A stretch of DNA of 64,000 nt from an uncultured Pseudomonadota bacterium (GTDB lineage: Bacteria; Pseudomonadota; Gammaproteobacteria; Burkholderiales; SG8-39), in the NCBI GenBank assembly GCA_903834835.1, contig CAILKO010000035.1, positions 122,539-186,538 of the forward strand, written 5' to 3'. The position numbers were made by a program, and so were the translations under genes. The notes below the pieces were generated by a model. That model saw nothing but the letters and a program-made list of their open reading frames with translations. It was not told the DNA's origin and did not search any database. This document shows, piece after piece, positions 11,419 to 20,086 of the stretch (position 1 is the stretch's first letter; every line of letters starts with the position of its first letter).

Positions 11419-12159
11419 ATGCAAATCGTACCCCCGTTCGGATACTCTGAAGTTCTCCCGCTGCAGCGCAACCAACGAGTACGCCTGCCGCCCCCCGGGG
11501 AAGTGCCCGATTTTGCGCGGCGGTTGAACGCGATTCCGCTCAGCATCACTGAATTTGTCCCGGCGCTCCGTCACTACCCGATCGTCTTCAGCAGCGGCGA
11601 CAACGGGAAGACTTTCACTTGCGTTGCGGTGCTCGGCCTTGCAGCGGGCGAAAATCTCTTCTGTAAAGGAAGCGGTTGGGACGAACGCGCTTACTTTCCC
11701 GCCTATGCACGTCGATTTCCGTTCTGCATGTCAACGGTCAAGCTTGACCAGGTCGAGCAGCAGGATCGCCTGATCTGTGTTGAGAAATCGCATATTTCCG
11801 ACGACGGCGAACCGATGTTCGACTCCGGAGGCAACGCCCTTGCGCAATGGACTTCGATCGAAAAGCTGCTTTCAGAATTCGAAGCTGACCTAGTTCGCAC
11901 GCGGGAAATGTGCGCGATTCTCGCCGACTATGGCCTGCTGGAGCCGTTTACCATGCAGGCCACGCTGACCCAGGGTGGGGCGTTGCACCTCACCGGCATG
12001 CACAGAGTAAACGAGAAAAAGCTGGAAGACCTGAATGCAAGCCAGATCCGGAACCTGATGCGCAAAGGACTCATGGGCAGGATCTACCTGCACATCGTAT
12101 CGCTGGAGAATTTTGCACTCTTACTTGAGCGCCGCGGTGCAGGCAGACAGGCTGCCTGA
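11419..12159 (+). CDS. SapC family protein
   Basis: EFVPALRHYPIVF, AVLGLAAGENLF, YFPAYARRFPF, YLHIVSLENF; GGAGG SD before the ATG at 11419. Confidence 0.85.
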   Translation: MQIVPPFGYSEVLPLQRNQRVRLPPPGEVPDFARRLNAIPLSITEFVPALRHYPIVFSSGDNGKTFTCVAVLGLAAGENLFCKGSGWDERAYFPAYARRFPFCMSTVKLDQVEQQDRLICVEKSHISDDGEPMFDSGGNALAQWTSIEKLLSEFEADLVRTREMCAILADYGLLEPFTMQATLTQGGALHLTGMHRVNEKKLEDLNASQIRNLMRKGLMGRIYLHIVSLENFALLLERRGAGRQAA

Positions 12160-12187
12160 GCGCCGCGTACGGCTCGACCGGTGGAAG

Positions 12188-13393
12188 CTATTTTTCTGCC
12201 ATCGCTGCCTGCCTTCGGAGGATCAACCCGCGTGCCGGGCCGATGCAGAGCAGGCTCGCGGCAAGCAACCCTGCGGAGAGCACCAGCACAAGCTCCGGAT
12301 GCCCGTAGTCGATTAGCAATCCCATCGGAACGGGGACCAGCGCACTACCCAAGGGAAGCGACGCGCTGATATAGCCGAATACCTTGCCGATTTCCCCAGG
12401 GGGTGCTGCATCTTTCAGCATCACGTCCCGCGGTGTCCGGCTGCCTCCTGCACAAAGCCCGGACACGAACATCATGGCAATGGCCGTCAACCCGCCTACC
12501 GGGGAAACACCCACCAGAAAAGTCGTGAGCGCAGACGCTCCGGTCAGACCTATGACGACGCCAAGGAGCCTGTGCCTACTCTTCACGGCATCTGTTGCCC
12601 AGCCGCCAAGGAGCACGCCGGAAGCGGATCCAATCATATACCCGGTGAGCGCCGACGAAGCGAGTGCCAACTCCACCCCCTTCACCTGATGCAAGACCGT
12701 GATCAACCAGGCCTGTATCCCGCCCCCTGCCATCGCGCCGAGCATGAAGAACATGAAAAACAGCATCATCGTTCGATCGAATAAAAGATCTCGAAACGTA
12801 AGCCTGCCGTCCTTTTTCCTGTCGCGACGCGTCTCATCCTGAAGAATGTCGCGCTGCCAGACGATCACCGCCACGATGGGCAGTGCCGCCAGCCCCACAA
12901 ACAGCAGAGCGTCCCGCCAGCCCATGACGAGCATCAGCCCCGCGATCACCGGCGGGGCGAGCGCGAACCCCACGTTCCCGCTAAACGTATGAAGCGCGAA
13001 AGCGCGACCAATCCTCTCCTTTGCGATCGAGCCCGCAAGTATCGAGTAATCCGCCGGATGGAACACCGCGATCCCGATGCCCGCGATAGCGCCGAGAACA
13101 AGGATCTGCCAGTAGCTTGTTGCGAGCGACATCGCGGCGATCGCAAGCGACATGACCAGCGTTCCTCCGATAAGGAAAGGTCTGGCACCGAATCGGTCGA
13201 CCATGAAACCGAGCGGAGTTTGAAGTGCCGCAGAGACAATATTCATGACGACTAGCGCCAGACCCAGCTCGGCAAAACTCGCCCCGAACTCTTTCTGCCA
13301 TTCAAGAAACAGCGGCGGCAGGCAAAGGATGTAGAAATGGGACAGTGAGTGCCCCATGGATATCAGCAGATTAACCCGGAATTCGCGCCCCAT
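12188..13393 (-). CDS. MFS transporter
   Basis: About 12 hydrophobic segments, GFMVDRFGAR motif A, GIAVFHP; start set at MGREFRVN. Confidence 0.9.
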   Translation of the reverse strand: MGREFRVNLLISMGHSLSHFYILCLPPLFLEWQKEFGASFAELGLALVVMNIVSAALQTPLGFMVDRFGARPFLIGGTLVMSLAIAAMSLATSYWQILVLGAIAGIGIAVFHPADYSILAGSIAKERIGRAFALHTFSGNVGFALAPPVIAGLMLVMGWRDALLFVGLAALPIVAVIVWQRDILQDETRRDRKKDGRLTFRDLLFDRTMMLFFMFFMLGAMAGGGIQAWLITVLHQVKGVELALASSALTGYMIGSASGVLLGGWATDAVKSRHRLLGVVIGLTGASALTTFLVGVSPVGGLTAIAMMFVSGLCAGGSRTPRDVMLKDAAPPGEIGKVFGYISASLPLGSALVPVPMGLLIDYGHPELVLVLSAGLLAASLLCIGPARGLILRRQAAMAEK

Positions 13394-13402
13394 CGTGAGC
13401 GC

Positions 13403-13432
13403 ATAATGGAGTCGACACCATTGTGGGGTCAA
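13403..13432 (-). promoter_or_regulatory. Putative sigma70 promoter of the MFS gene overlapped by an imperfect palindrome
   Basis: Minus strand TTGACC-N18-CATTAT; the dyad ATAATGGAGTCGACACCATTGT (13403-13424) covers the -10 and spacer. Confidence 0.5.
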
Positions 13433-13504
13433 GCGCAGGATCGCTGCATTCAATCCCTCATGTTTTGTAGAATCCCCGCAAACTACCGGAGGGAGGATCG
13501 GACC

Positions 13505-14413
13505 ATGGCAAGGTTTACCAAAATCGGTTACGTCGCTTTCAATGTGACTGATATCGACCGTTCACGTGCCTTCTATCAGGATATGGTTGGCCTTCAGCTA
13601 ACCGAAACCGGCGCAGGAGGTGAGGTGTATTTCCGCTGCAGCGGAGATCATCACAACTTCGTGCTGTATCCGTCTGACAAGCGAGGCCTCGCCCGCGTCG
13701 GATTCGAACTGGAGAGCGAAGAAGAACTCGACCGCGCGCTCGAGGCGGTTACTCGGGCCGGCGTGAAAGTTGACGAAGTGCCTGCTGCGGAATGCGCCTC
13801 ACTCCATCAGGGGCCGAGTTTCCGTTTTACCGAACCCTATACGGGCGCACCGTTCGAGTTTTACTCCGCAATGTTCAACTTCGATGGCGACCCATTCATT
13901 CCAACAGTTGCAAATATTCAGCGACTTGGACATATCGGGCTCGGCACTCCGGATTCTCAGAAAGCTGTGGACTTCATGACCCGGGTTCTCGGATTCAAGG
14001 TGTCGGATCGGGTCGGTTCGCGCACAACATTCATGCGCTGCTTTCCTAATCCCTTTCACCACTCGATCGCCCTGGTCCACAGTGCACGCAGGATGTTCCA
14101 CCATCTGAATTTCATGGTCACGGAGATAGACGACATCGGTCGGGGGCTCTGGCGACTGACCCGCAACCAGGTGCCGGTCGTCTACGGACCTGGCCGCCAC
14201 GTCGCGTCCGGCAGCGTGTTCCTGTACTGGGCTGACCCTGACGGGATGACGGTCGAGTACAGCTATGGAATGGAGCAGTTTCCGGAATCAGGCCCGAGGA
14301 AGCCCCGCGTGCTGGAACCGATGCAACTCAATTCGGACTGCTGGGGCGGCCCTCGGAGCAAGGCATCCGGAGTCCCGATCGACACAGATAAAGAGGAGGT
14401 AACTCAGCAATGA
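13505..14413 (+). CDS. Type I extradiol ring-cleavage dioxygenase (VOC family, BphC/CmtC-like)
   Basis: KIGYVAFNVTD; metal ligands RLGH, FHHLNF, TVEYS; catalytic FHHSIA, GPGRH, FLYWADPDG; GGAGG SD. Confidence 0.9.
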   Translation: MARFTKIGYVAFNVTDIDRSRAFYQDMVGLQLTETGAGGEVYFRCSGDHHNFVLYPSDKRGLARVGFELESEEELDRALEAVTRAGVKVDEVPAAECASLHQGPSFRFTEPYTGAPFEFYSAMFNFDGDPFIPTVANIQRLGHIGLGTPDSQKAVDFMTRVLGFKVSDRVGSRTTFMRCFPNPFHHSIALVHSARRMFHHLNFMVTEIDDIGRGLWRLTRNQVPVVYGPGRHVASGSVFLYWADPDGMTVEYSYGMEQFPESGPRKPRVLEPMQLNSDCWGGPRSKASGVPIDTDKEEVTQQ

Positions 14414-14811
14414 CCCAGTCTCGCAAGGAGGTGATTTATTCCAAGGGAGGGCAGGTGCACAGCAGCCCGATTCCCCAGGGAGTCAAGGCAGCCGGACTGC
14501 TTTTCTTGTCAGCGATCCGCGGCGTCGATCCCAAGACGCAGAAAGTCGAGACCGATGATCCTGAAGCCCAAGCACGGCAAATTTTTGAAAATCTGAAAGC
14601 GGCACTGGCGAGCGCGGATGCGACTCTGGAAGATGTCGTGAAAGTTGCGGTCTACATGAAAGACATCCGCGACCGGTCCGCTTTCAACAAGGCCTGGGCT
14701 GACTATTTCCCCAAGGATCCCCCTGCCCGATTTGCGGTTCAGGTTGCGGACATGGGCGCCGCGGGCGACAAGAGCCGCATCCTTGTGGACGTCACGGCGG
14801 TCGCTCCCTGA
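14410..14811 (+). CDS. Rid (YjgF/RidA) family protein
   Basis: QARQIFENLKAAL, DVVKVAVYM, FNKAWADYFPKDPPARFAV; ATGA overlap with the dioxygenase. Confidence 0.9.
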   Translation: MTQSRKEVIYSKGGQVHSSPIPQGVKAAGLLFLSAIRGVDPKTQKVETDDPEAQARQIFENLKAALASADATLEDVVKVAVYMKDIRDRSAFNKAWADYFPKDPPARFAVQVADMGAAGDKSRILVDVTAVAP

Positions 14812-14835
14812 CTCTCAACGTCCGCGCCCGCACAG

Positions 14836-14872
14836 CTTGTTTGGTCCTCGCGCCTAGCGAGGACCAAACAAG
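14836..14872. terminator. 16-bp perfect hairpin between convergent genes
   Basis: CTTGTTTGGTCCTCGC-GCCTA-GCGAGGACCAAACAAG. Confidence 0.65.
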
Positions 14873-14875
14873 GCC

Positions 14876-15757
14876 CTAGGGATCGACCGCTTCGCCGTAG
14901 CGCCGCACCACTAGATTTTCCTTGAACTCGTCCATTGTGGCGTTCTTGAAATCGCCGGGCCGCCAGGACGGATACTTCGCGCGCGTTCCCCCGTCACAGG
15001 GAACGTCTATGCCTGTAAGAAATTCGGCCTCGTCGGAGGCAAGGAACACGCAGCAATGCGCGAGGTCCGAGGCCCGTGGATAGCGCCCCATCGGAATAAT
15101 GCGCAACACATCCTCTCGCGTGAATGAATAGCGCGTAGGCTTGGCCTCCACGCCCGAACCGAACAGCCCCTGCGAATAGACGTTGTGCTCCATCGCAAAC
15201 GGCGTCAGCGTGTTGACCCTGATGCCCAGATGCGCAAGGTCCATGGCGGCCGCGCGCGCGAAATTCATCAGTCCCGCCTTGGCTGCAGAGTAGGCCGAGT
15301 TGCCCGCCTGTCCGAAATGCGCTGCAGTGGAAAGCACGTGGATCAGGCAGCCTTTGCGATTCTGTTCGACCATCGCGCGCGCCACATGCTTGGTTGTGAG
15401 CATCCCCGCGTCGAGATAGGTGCCCGTACACTCTTTCCAGTCCTCGACCGTCATGTCGAGGATGGAATGCCTGATCTGGCGTCCGGCAAGATTGACGAGC
15501 GTATCCACGTGGCCGAATTTTGCGACCGCCTCCGCGACAACGCGCGCTACATCTGCTTCGACACTCGCGTTGCAAGTCGTACCTTCCGCCTCGAAACCCT
15601 TGGCGCGCAGGAATCGGACCGTATCCTCAACTTGCGCCGGCGCGAGGTCGCAGGCAAATATCTTTGCGCCCTCGCGTGCCATGAAATGCGCGATCGTTCC
15701 GCCGTTGTTCGGTCCGACGCCGAATATGACCGCCACCTTCCCAGCCATGCGCCCCAT
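14876..15757 (-). CDS. Short-chain dehydrogenase/reductase
   Basis: GKVAVIFGVGPNNG, LVNLAG, AYSAAK (YxxxK), GIRVNTL, FLTGIDVPCDGG. Confidence 0.9.
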   Translation of the reverse strand: MGRMAGKVAVIFGVGPNNGGTIAHFMAREGAKIFACDLAPAQVEDTVRFLRAKGFEAEGTTCNASVEADVARVVAEAVAKFGHVDTLVNLAGRQIRHSILDMTVEDWKECTGTYLDAGMLTTKHVARAMVEQNRKGCLIHVLSTAAHFGQAGNSAYSAAKAGLMNFARAAAMDLAHLGIRVNTLTPFAMEHNVYSQGLFGSGVEAKPTRYSFTREDVLRIIPMGRYPRASDLAHCCVFLASDEAEFLTGIDVPCDGGTRAKYPSWRPGDFKNATMDEFKENLVVRRYGEAVDP

Positions 15758-15876
15758 GTGCCCGCTCCGCCTGTGAATTTTCGAGAGGCGGAGTCTAGCA
15801 CCCGGCAGATTTGCCGCAGCGCAACACGACGCAGGCGCAATGACGGCAAAGGATCCCCTATAACGCGGAACATCCC

Positions 15877-15905
15877 TTGACGGGTCGACAGCCGCTGACT
15901 AAAGT
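15877..15905 (+). promoter_or_regulatory. Putative sigma70 promoter of the Rieske oxygenase gene
   Basis: TTGACG-N17-TAAAGT ending 6 nt before the ATG at 15912. Confidence 0.6.
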
Positions 15906-15911
15906 CGGCCG

Positions 15912-17195
15912 ATGACCGTAGACACCCAATCTCGAGAATCAAAAACCGCCGAGGAACGCGCGCCGGCCTTCCCCACCGGCGATGAAGTCATCGCGCGCGT
16001 CGGGGCCACCTCGCGTGCGCAGAGCCTTCGCGACCAGATGCCTGTGCAGGGGCTGCGCGAGTACTGGTACCCCGCCTTGCTCGCTTCCGAGGTCGGGCGC
16101 AGAAAGCCGGCATCGAGGAAAATGCTCGGCGAAATTGTGGTCTTCTTTCGCGGAAGAAACGGCAACATTGCTGCCGTGGCAGATGCCTGTCCGCACCGCG
16201 GCGCAGCGCTTTCGCGAGGAGACACTCACTTTGATGGCACCATTTCCTGTCCCTACCATGGCTGGACCTTTGACGAGACCGGTGAACTTCTCGCTGCGCT
16301 CGGCGACGGACCCGACGCTCGCGTTGCCGGTCTCAAGAGCAGCCGCGCCAGGGTCTATCCCACGCATGTATTGAAGGGCGTTGTCTTTGTATGGATGGGG
16401 GCCGCTGAGCCGTCCCCCGCCGAGGAGGACATACCGCCCGAGTTCTTCACCGAGGATTCGCTGGTGATGTGGAGTGCGACCGAATGGCCGACCAACTGGC
16501 GCCCTTCGATGGAAAACTACATGGATTCGCACGTGTTCTACGTGCACAGGAATTCGCTCCGGATACTCGGACTGCCCGCGCGGTTCCTGTCCTCGGCGCT
16601 CAAGCTGGGCACCGGGAAGATCAATACAAAGGTGATCAACGGACGCGCGCTCGCGCTCGATGCCCCCAACGCGTTCATGGGGCTCGCGACAACTGCGAGT
16701 CTGGCGAAAGCCAAAGTTCAGGCGCCACCACAGCACGTGTTTCAAAGGCTCGACGGTGCGAAGTGGCCTGCAACCCGATCACGGCTGTGGCTGAGCATGC
16801 TGATCGAATATCTGAATCCGCCGAAGGCGAAACCCCCGCTTGAGACCAACGAAGAGTGGAAGGCGGGCATGCACCTTCCCGGGTGGATCAGTACCGACAA
16901 CAGTGCATTCATGTACCGGCGGATGGTCGTGCCGATCGACGCAGAGCACTCCCGCATCGTGTACTTCCATACACGCTACCCGAAATCCGCATTGAAGCGG
17001 ATTTGGGGTGTGGTGATCTTCCACCTCTGGCGCAACTGGTCGTACAACTACAATTTCTCCGGCCAGGACGGTCACGCGGTCGAGGGTCTCTACTACGACA
17101 CCCCGGAAAACCTCTCCGGTTCGGATGCCTATCCCATGGCATGGCGCCGCATGGTGGTGACGTGGGGCCGAGATTTTCTGCGGCCGCGTTCCTGA
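15912..17195 (+). CDS. Rieske non-heme iron oxygenase, alpha/terminal component
   Basis: GLREYWYP, DACPHRG...CPYHGWTF Rieske motif, ENYMDSHVFYVH mononuclear Fe site, FSGQD. Confidence 0.9.
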   Translation: MTVDTQSRESKTAEERAPAFPTGDEVIARVGATSRAQSLRDQMPVQGLREYWYPALLASEVGRRKPASRKMLGEIVVFFRGRNGNIAAVADACPHRGAALSRGDTHFDGTISCPYHGWTFDETGELLAALGDGPDARVAGLKSSRARVYPTHVLKGVVFVWMGAAEPSPAEEDIPPEFFTEDSLVMWSATEWPTNWRPSMENYMDSHVFYVHRNSLRILGLPARFLSSALKLGTGKINTKVINGRALALDAPNAFMGLATTASLAKAKVQAPPQHVFQRLDGAKWPATRSRLWLSMLIEYLNPPKAKPPLETNEEWKAGMHLPGWISTDNSAFMYRRMVVPIDAEHSRIVYFHTRYPKSALKRIWGVVIFHLWRNWSYNYNFSGQDGHAVEGLYYDTPENLSGSDAYPMAWRRMVVTWGRDFLRPRS

Positions 17196-17322
17196 GGCGG
17201 GGACCACGCTACGGCCTCGTGCCGCAATCCGCGACGTTTCTCCGGCCGTACTCCAGTGTGTGCGCTTTCGGGCGGCGCAGCCCACCGGCCGCACAAGCAT
17301 ATTCTTTGAGGATGGATACTCC

Positions 17323-18465
17323 ATGACAAGCAGCCCGTTCAAGCTCTTCTCAGGCGATTCGCATGTCAGCGAGCCCCCCGATCTCTGGACCAGCCGGATC
17401 GACCGGAAGTACCGGTATCGCGCCCCATATGTGGAAATGCGGGAGCGCGATGGTAAGTCCCAGGACTACCTGATCTACGAAGGCTTCCCGCCGCATCCGG
17501 TATCGATTGGACTCGCGTCGGCCGCAGCCCCAACGGGTTCCAAAGAGCAGTTCCGTGCGAACAAGTACTCGGATGCGTTGCCCGGAGGATGGGATCCGGT
17601 TGCCCGCCTGAAGGACCAGGACCTTGACGGGGTGGATGGAGAGGTCCTGCATCCGACGCTCGGATTCAGGATGTTCTGGCTGGCCGATCAAGATCTCCAG
17701 CGAGCGGTTTTCCGGGCATACAACGATTGGCTCGGGGAGTTCGTGAACCATAACCCCAAGCGCCTGGCAGGACTTGCCCTGATATCCGTAACCGATATCC
17801 AGGAAGCCGTGCACGAGATACGGCGTGCGGCCCGCCTCGGACACAAGGGGATCATGGTCGCCCTGTCACCTCAGAGTGGCCTGCCTTACAGCCATCCGAT
17901 GTACGACCCCATTTGGGCCGAAGCCCAGGCGCTCGACCTCCCCGTAGTTTTTCATGCAATCACCGGCGCCGCCGAAAGCCGCCTCTCCATCGCTTACTGG
18001 AATCCCGAAATGACGCTCTTTCCTGCGCTGCGGCACCAGGAGGCAGAGCGTACGCTCGCGCATCTCATCTGCTCGGGCGTACTGGAGAGGTTCCCAAAGC
18101 TCAAGGTTGTAACCGCAGAAAACGGGATCGATTGGATACCTTCATGCATCAGGCGGCTGGACCGGGCAGTCAACCTGGGAACGCGCGCCCTGCAGGTAAA
18201 CACCTGGCCGACGCAACTCTCGCTGCGGCCAAGCGAGTATTTTCGCCGCCAGGTGTACGTCGGGTTCATCGACGAGCCCGAAGCGGTTCCGATGCGCCAG
18301 GAAATCGGAGTAGACAACCTTGTCTGGGCCTCCGACTATCCGCACTTCGCCTCGACCTGGCCGAAATCGGTGGAATTCGTGGAACAGGTTACGGCCGGGG
18401 TCGCGGCGACCGAGAAAAAGAGCATGGTTCGTGACAACGGACGCCGGCTGTTCAACATGGCCTGA
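17323..18465 (+). CDS. Amidohydrolase_2 family metalloenzyme (decarboxylase/hydratase-type)
   Basis: SGDSHVSEPPDLW, RAYNDWL, YDPIWA...VVFH, WASDYPH. Confidence 0.9.
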   Translation: MTSSPFKLFSGDSHVSEPPDLWTSRIDRKYRYRAPYVEMRERDGKSQDYLIYEGFPPHPVSIGLASAAAPTGSKEQFRANKYSDALPGGWDPVARLKDQDLDGVDGEVLHPTLGFRMFWLADQDLQRAVFRAYNDWLGEFVNHNPKRLAGLALISVTDIQEAVHEIRRAARLGHKGIMVALSPQSGLPYSHPMYDPIWAEAQALDLPVVFHAITGAAESRLSIAYWNPEMTLFPALRHQEAERTLAHLICSGVLERFPKLKVVTAENGIDWIPSCIRRLDRAVNLGTRALQVNTWPTQLSLRPSEYFRRQVYVGFIDEPEAVPMRQEIGVDNLVWASDYPHFASTWPKSVEFVEQVTAGVAATEKKSMVRDNGRRLFNMA

Positions 18466-18531
18466 GCGGGAACGCTGCGCGCAAAAGAATCGAAGCACGT
18501 AATTGAATTACGCACACACGAGGGAGGAAAC

Positions 18532-19503
18532 ATGAAGAGAGCATTGCTCGCAGCGGGAGTGGCGGCAGTTGTCAGCCTGGTTCCCGGACTGACGCAGGCG
18601 CAGCAGGGATATCCGTCCAAACCCGTGACTGTAATTGTTCCGGTCACCCCCGGTTCGGCCCAGGATTATCTTGCCCGCCTGCTCGGCCCGCAGCTCCAGC
18701 AACGTCTGGGGCAGCCGTTCGTCGTCGAGAACAAGGTGGGTGCAAGCGGTGTGATCGGAGCGGAAGCTCTGGCCAAATCTGCACCCGATGGTCATACCCT
18801 GATGCTTGGCGGGATCGTATTCGCTGTCGCGCCGTCGTTGAGAAAAACACTGCCCTACGATCCTATCGCCGATTTTGCACCGATCGCACCGGTGGGCGTT
18901 GCAACCATGGGTTTTGCGGTGCATCCGTCAGTTCCGGTGAGTACGTTGTCCGAATTCATCGCCTATGCACGCGCGAGGCCCGGCAAGATCAACTATGGCT
19001 CTTCTGGCAACGGCACGCCGCATCACATGTTCACCGAGCTTTTCAAGCAACAGGCGAAGATCGACATCGTCCATGTGCCGTACAAGCAGATCGGCAGCGT
19101 GGTGAGCGATGTTCTCGCCGGGCAGATCGAGTGCGCGTTCATGACGGTGTTCGCAATTGCGCCCCAGGTAAAGGCGGGCAAGCTCAAGCTCCTCAGCGTA
19201 GCCGGCGTGAAACGCTCCAGTTCTGCGCCCGACACGCCTACATTTCGCGAAGCGGGCCTCGAAGGGCTTGAATCCGAGCCCTGGCTCGGATACATGGCAC
19301 CCGGCAAGACGCCGCAGGAAATCATCCGGCGCCTGAATGCCGAACTGAACCGGCTCATCGACATGCCCGAGAACAGAGCGGCGATATCCAAAGCCGGCAT
19401 CGAGCCACTGACCGGTTCGTCCGCGGACCTCGGGGCCTTCATCAAGAAGGATCTCGAGCTCTGGCGCCGAGTGGTCGAGGTCGGCAAGATCGTCGCCGAC
19501 TGA
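18532..19503 (+). CDS. Bug/TctC tripartite tricarboxylate transporter substrate-binding protein
   Basis: Signal peptide, YPSKPVTVIVP, VVENKVGASG, APDGHTL, YGSSGNG, HVPYK. Confidence 0.92.
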   Translation: MKRALLAAGVAAVVSLVPGLTQAQQGYPSKPVTVIVPVTPGSAQDYLARLLGPQLQQRLGQPFVVENKVGASGVIGAEALAKSAPDGHTLMLGGIVFAVAPSLRKTLPYDPIADFAPIAPVGVATMGFAVHPSVPVSTLSEFIAYARARPGKINYGSSGNGTPHHMFTELFKQQAKIDIVHVPYKQIGSVVSDVLAGQIECAFMTVFAIAPQVKAGKLKLLSVAGVKRSSSAPDTPTFREAGLEGLESEPWLGYMAPGKTPQEIIRRLNAELNRLIDMPENRAAISKAGIEPLTGSSADLGAFIKKDLELWRRVVEVGKIVAD

Positions 19504-19517
19504 CCCGCGCCGCAAAC

Positions 19518-19554
19518 AAAAAGGGCGAGGCGCCAACGGCGACTTCGCCCTTTT
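19518..19554. terminator. Bidirectional Rho-independent terminator
   Basis: AAAAAGGGCGAGG...CTTCGCCCTTTT between convergent ORFs. Confidence 0.75.
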
Positions 19555-19595
19555 CACGTCTCGACGTCCCGGACGCCGGGACGGTGTCGATTCTG

Positions 19596-19751
19596 CTACT
19601 TGCTAACGGCTTTGGACGTTACGTCCTTGCCTTCCTTGGTGGTTACGGCTTTCCCGTCCTTGCTCTTCACCTCATCTTTAGTCTGGGCGATAGCGTTGAC
19701 GCTGACGATTGCAAATGCCGAAGCGATACTGATCGACAGTAGCTTTTTCAT
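19596..19751 (-). CDS. Small secreted Lys-rich peptide (51 aa)
   Basis: MKKLLSISIASAFAIVSVNAIA|QTKDEVKSKDGKAVTTKEGKDVTSKAVSK; GAGGGAAGG SD, Sec signal with AxA site, terminator downstream. Confidence 0.7.
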   Translation of the reverse strand: MKKLLSISIASAFAIVSVNAIAQTKDEVKSKDGKAVTTKEGKDVTSKAVSK

Positions 19752-20086
19752 GCCTTCCCTCGTAGTGGATGGATTTAAGGGGCTGGAACCCAGAGCCGGA
19801 ATACCTGCTGACGCCCTGCATCGGACGTCATTCTGATCCTCGATCGCCAACCCCTCCTGCTGTTTCGACAGCGACGTCACTTTATTCCATCTGAATCCGT
19901 GTGAACGATCGCCATCTGTCGCGCAGGACTGCCTACATTGCAAAGCGCTGATGCGCGTTCAGCTCCCCCCGCATGCCCCGTATCCATGCGGCAGTCGGAA
20001 TGCTAGGATCGCCTTCCGCAAAGCAGGAAGGGCGTCGGGCGACGTCCGATAAGCGTATCAATGTCACCGCCGGAGGAGGCTGAATC

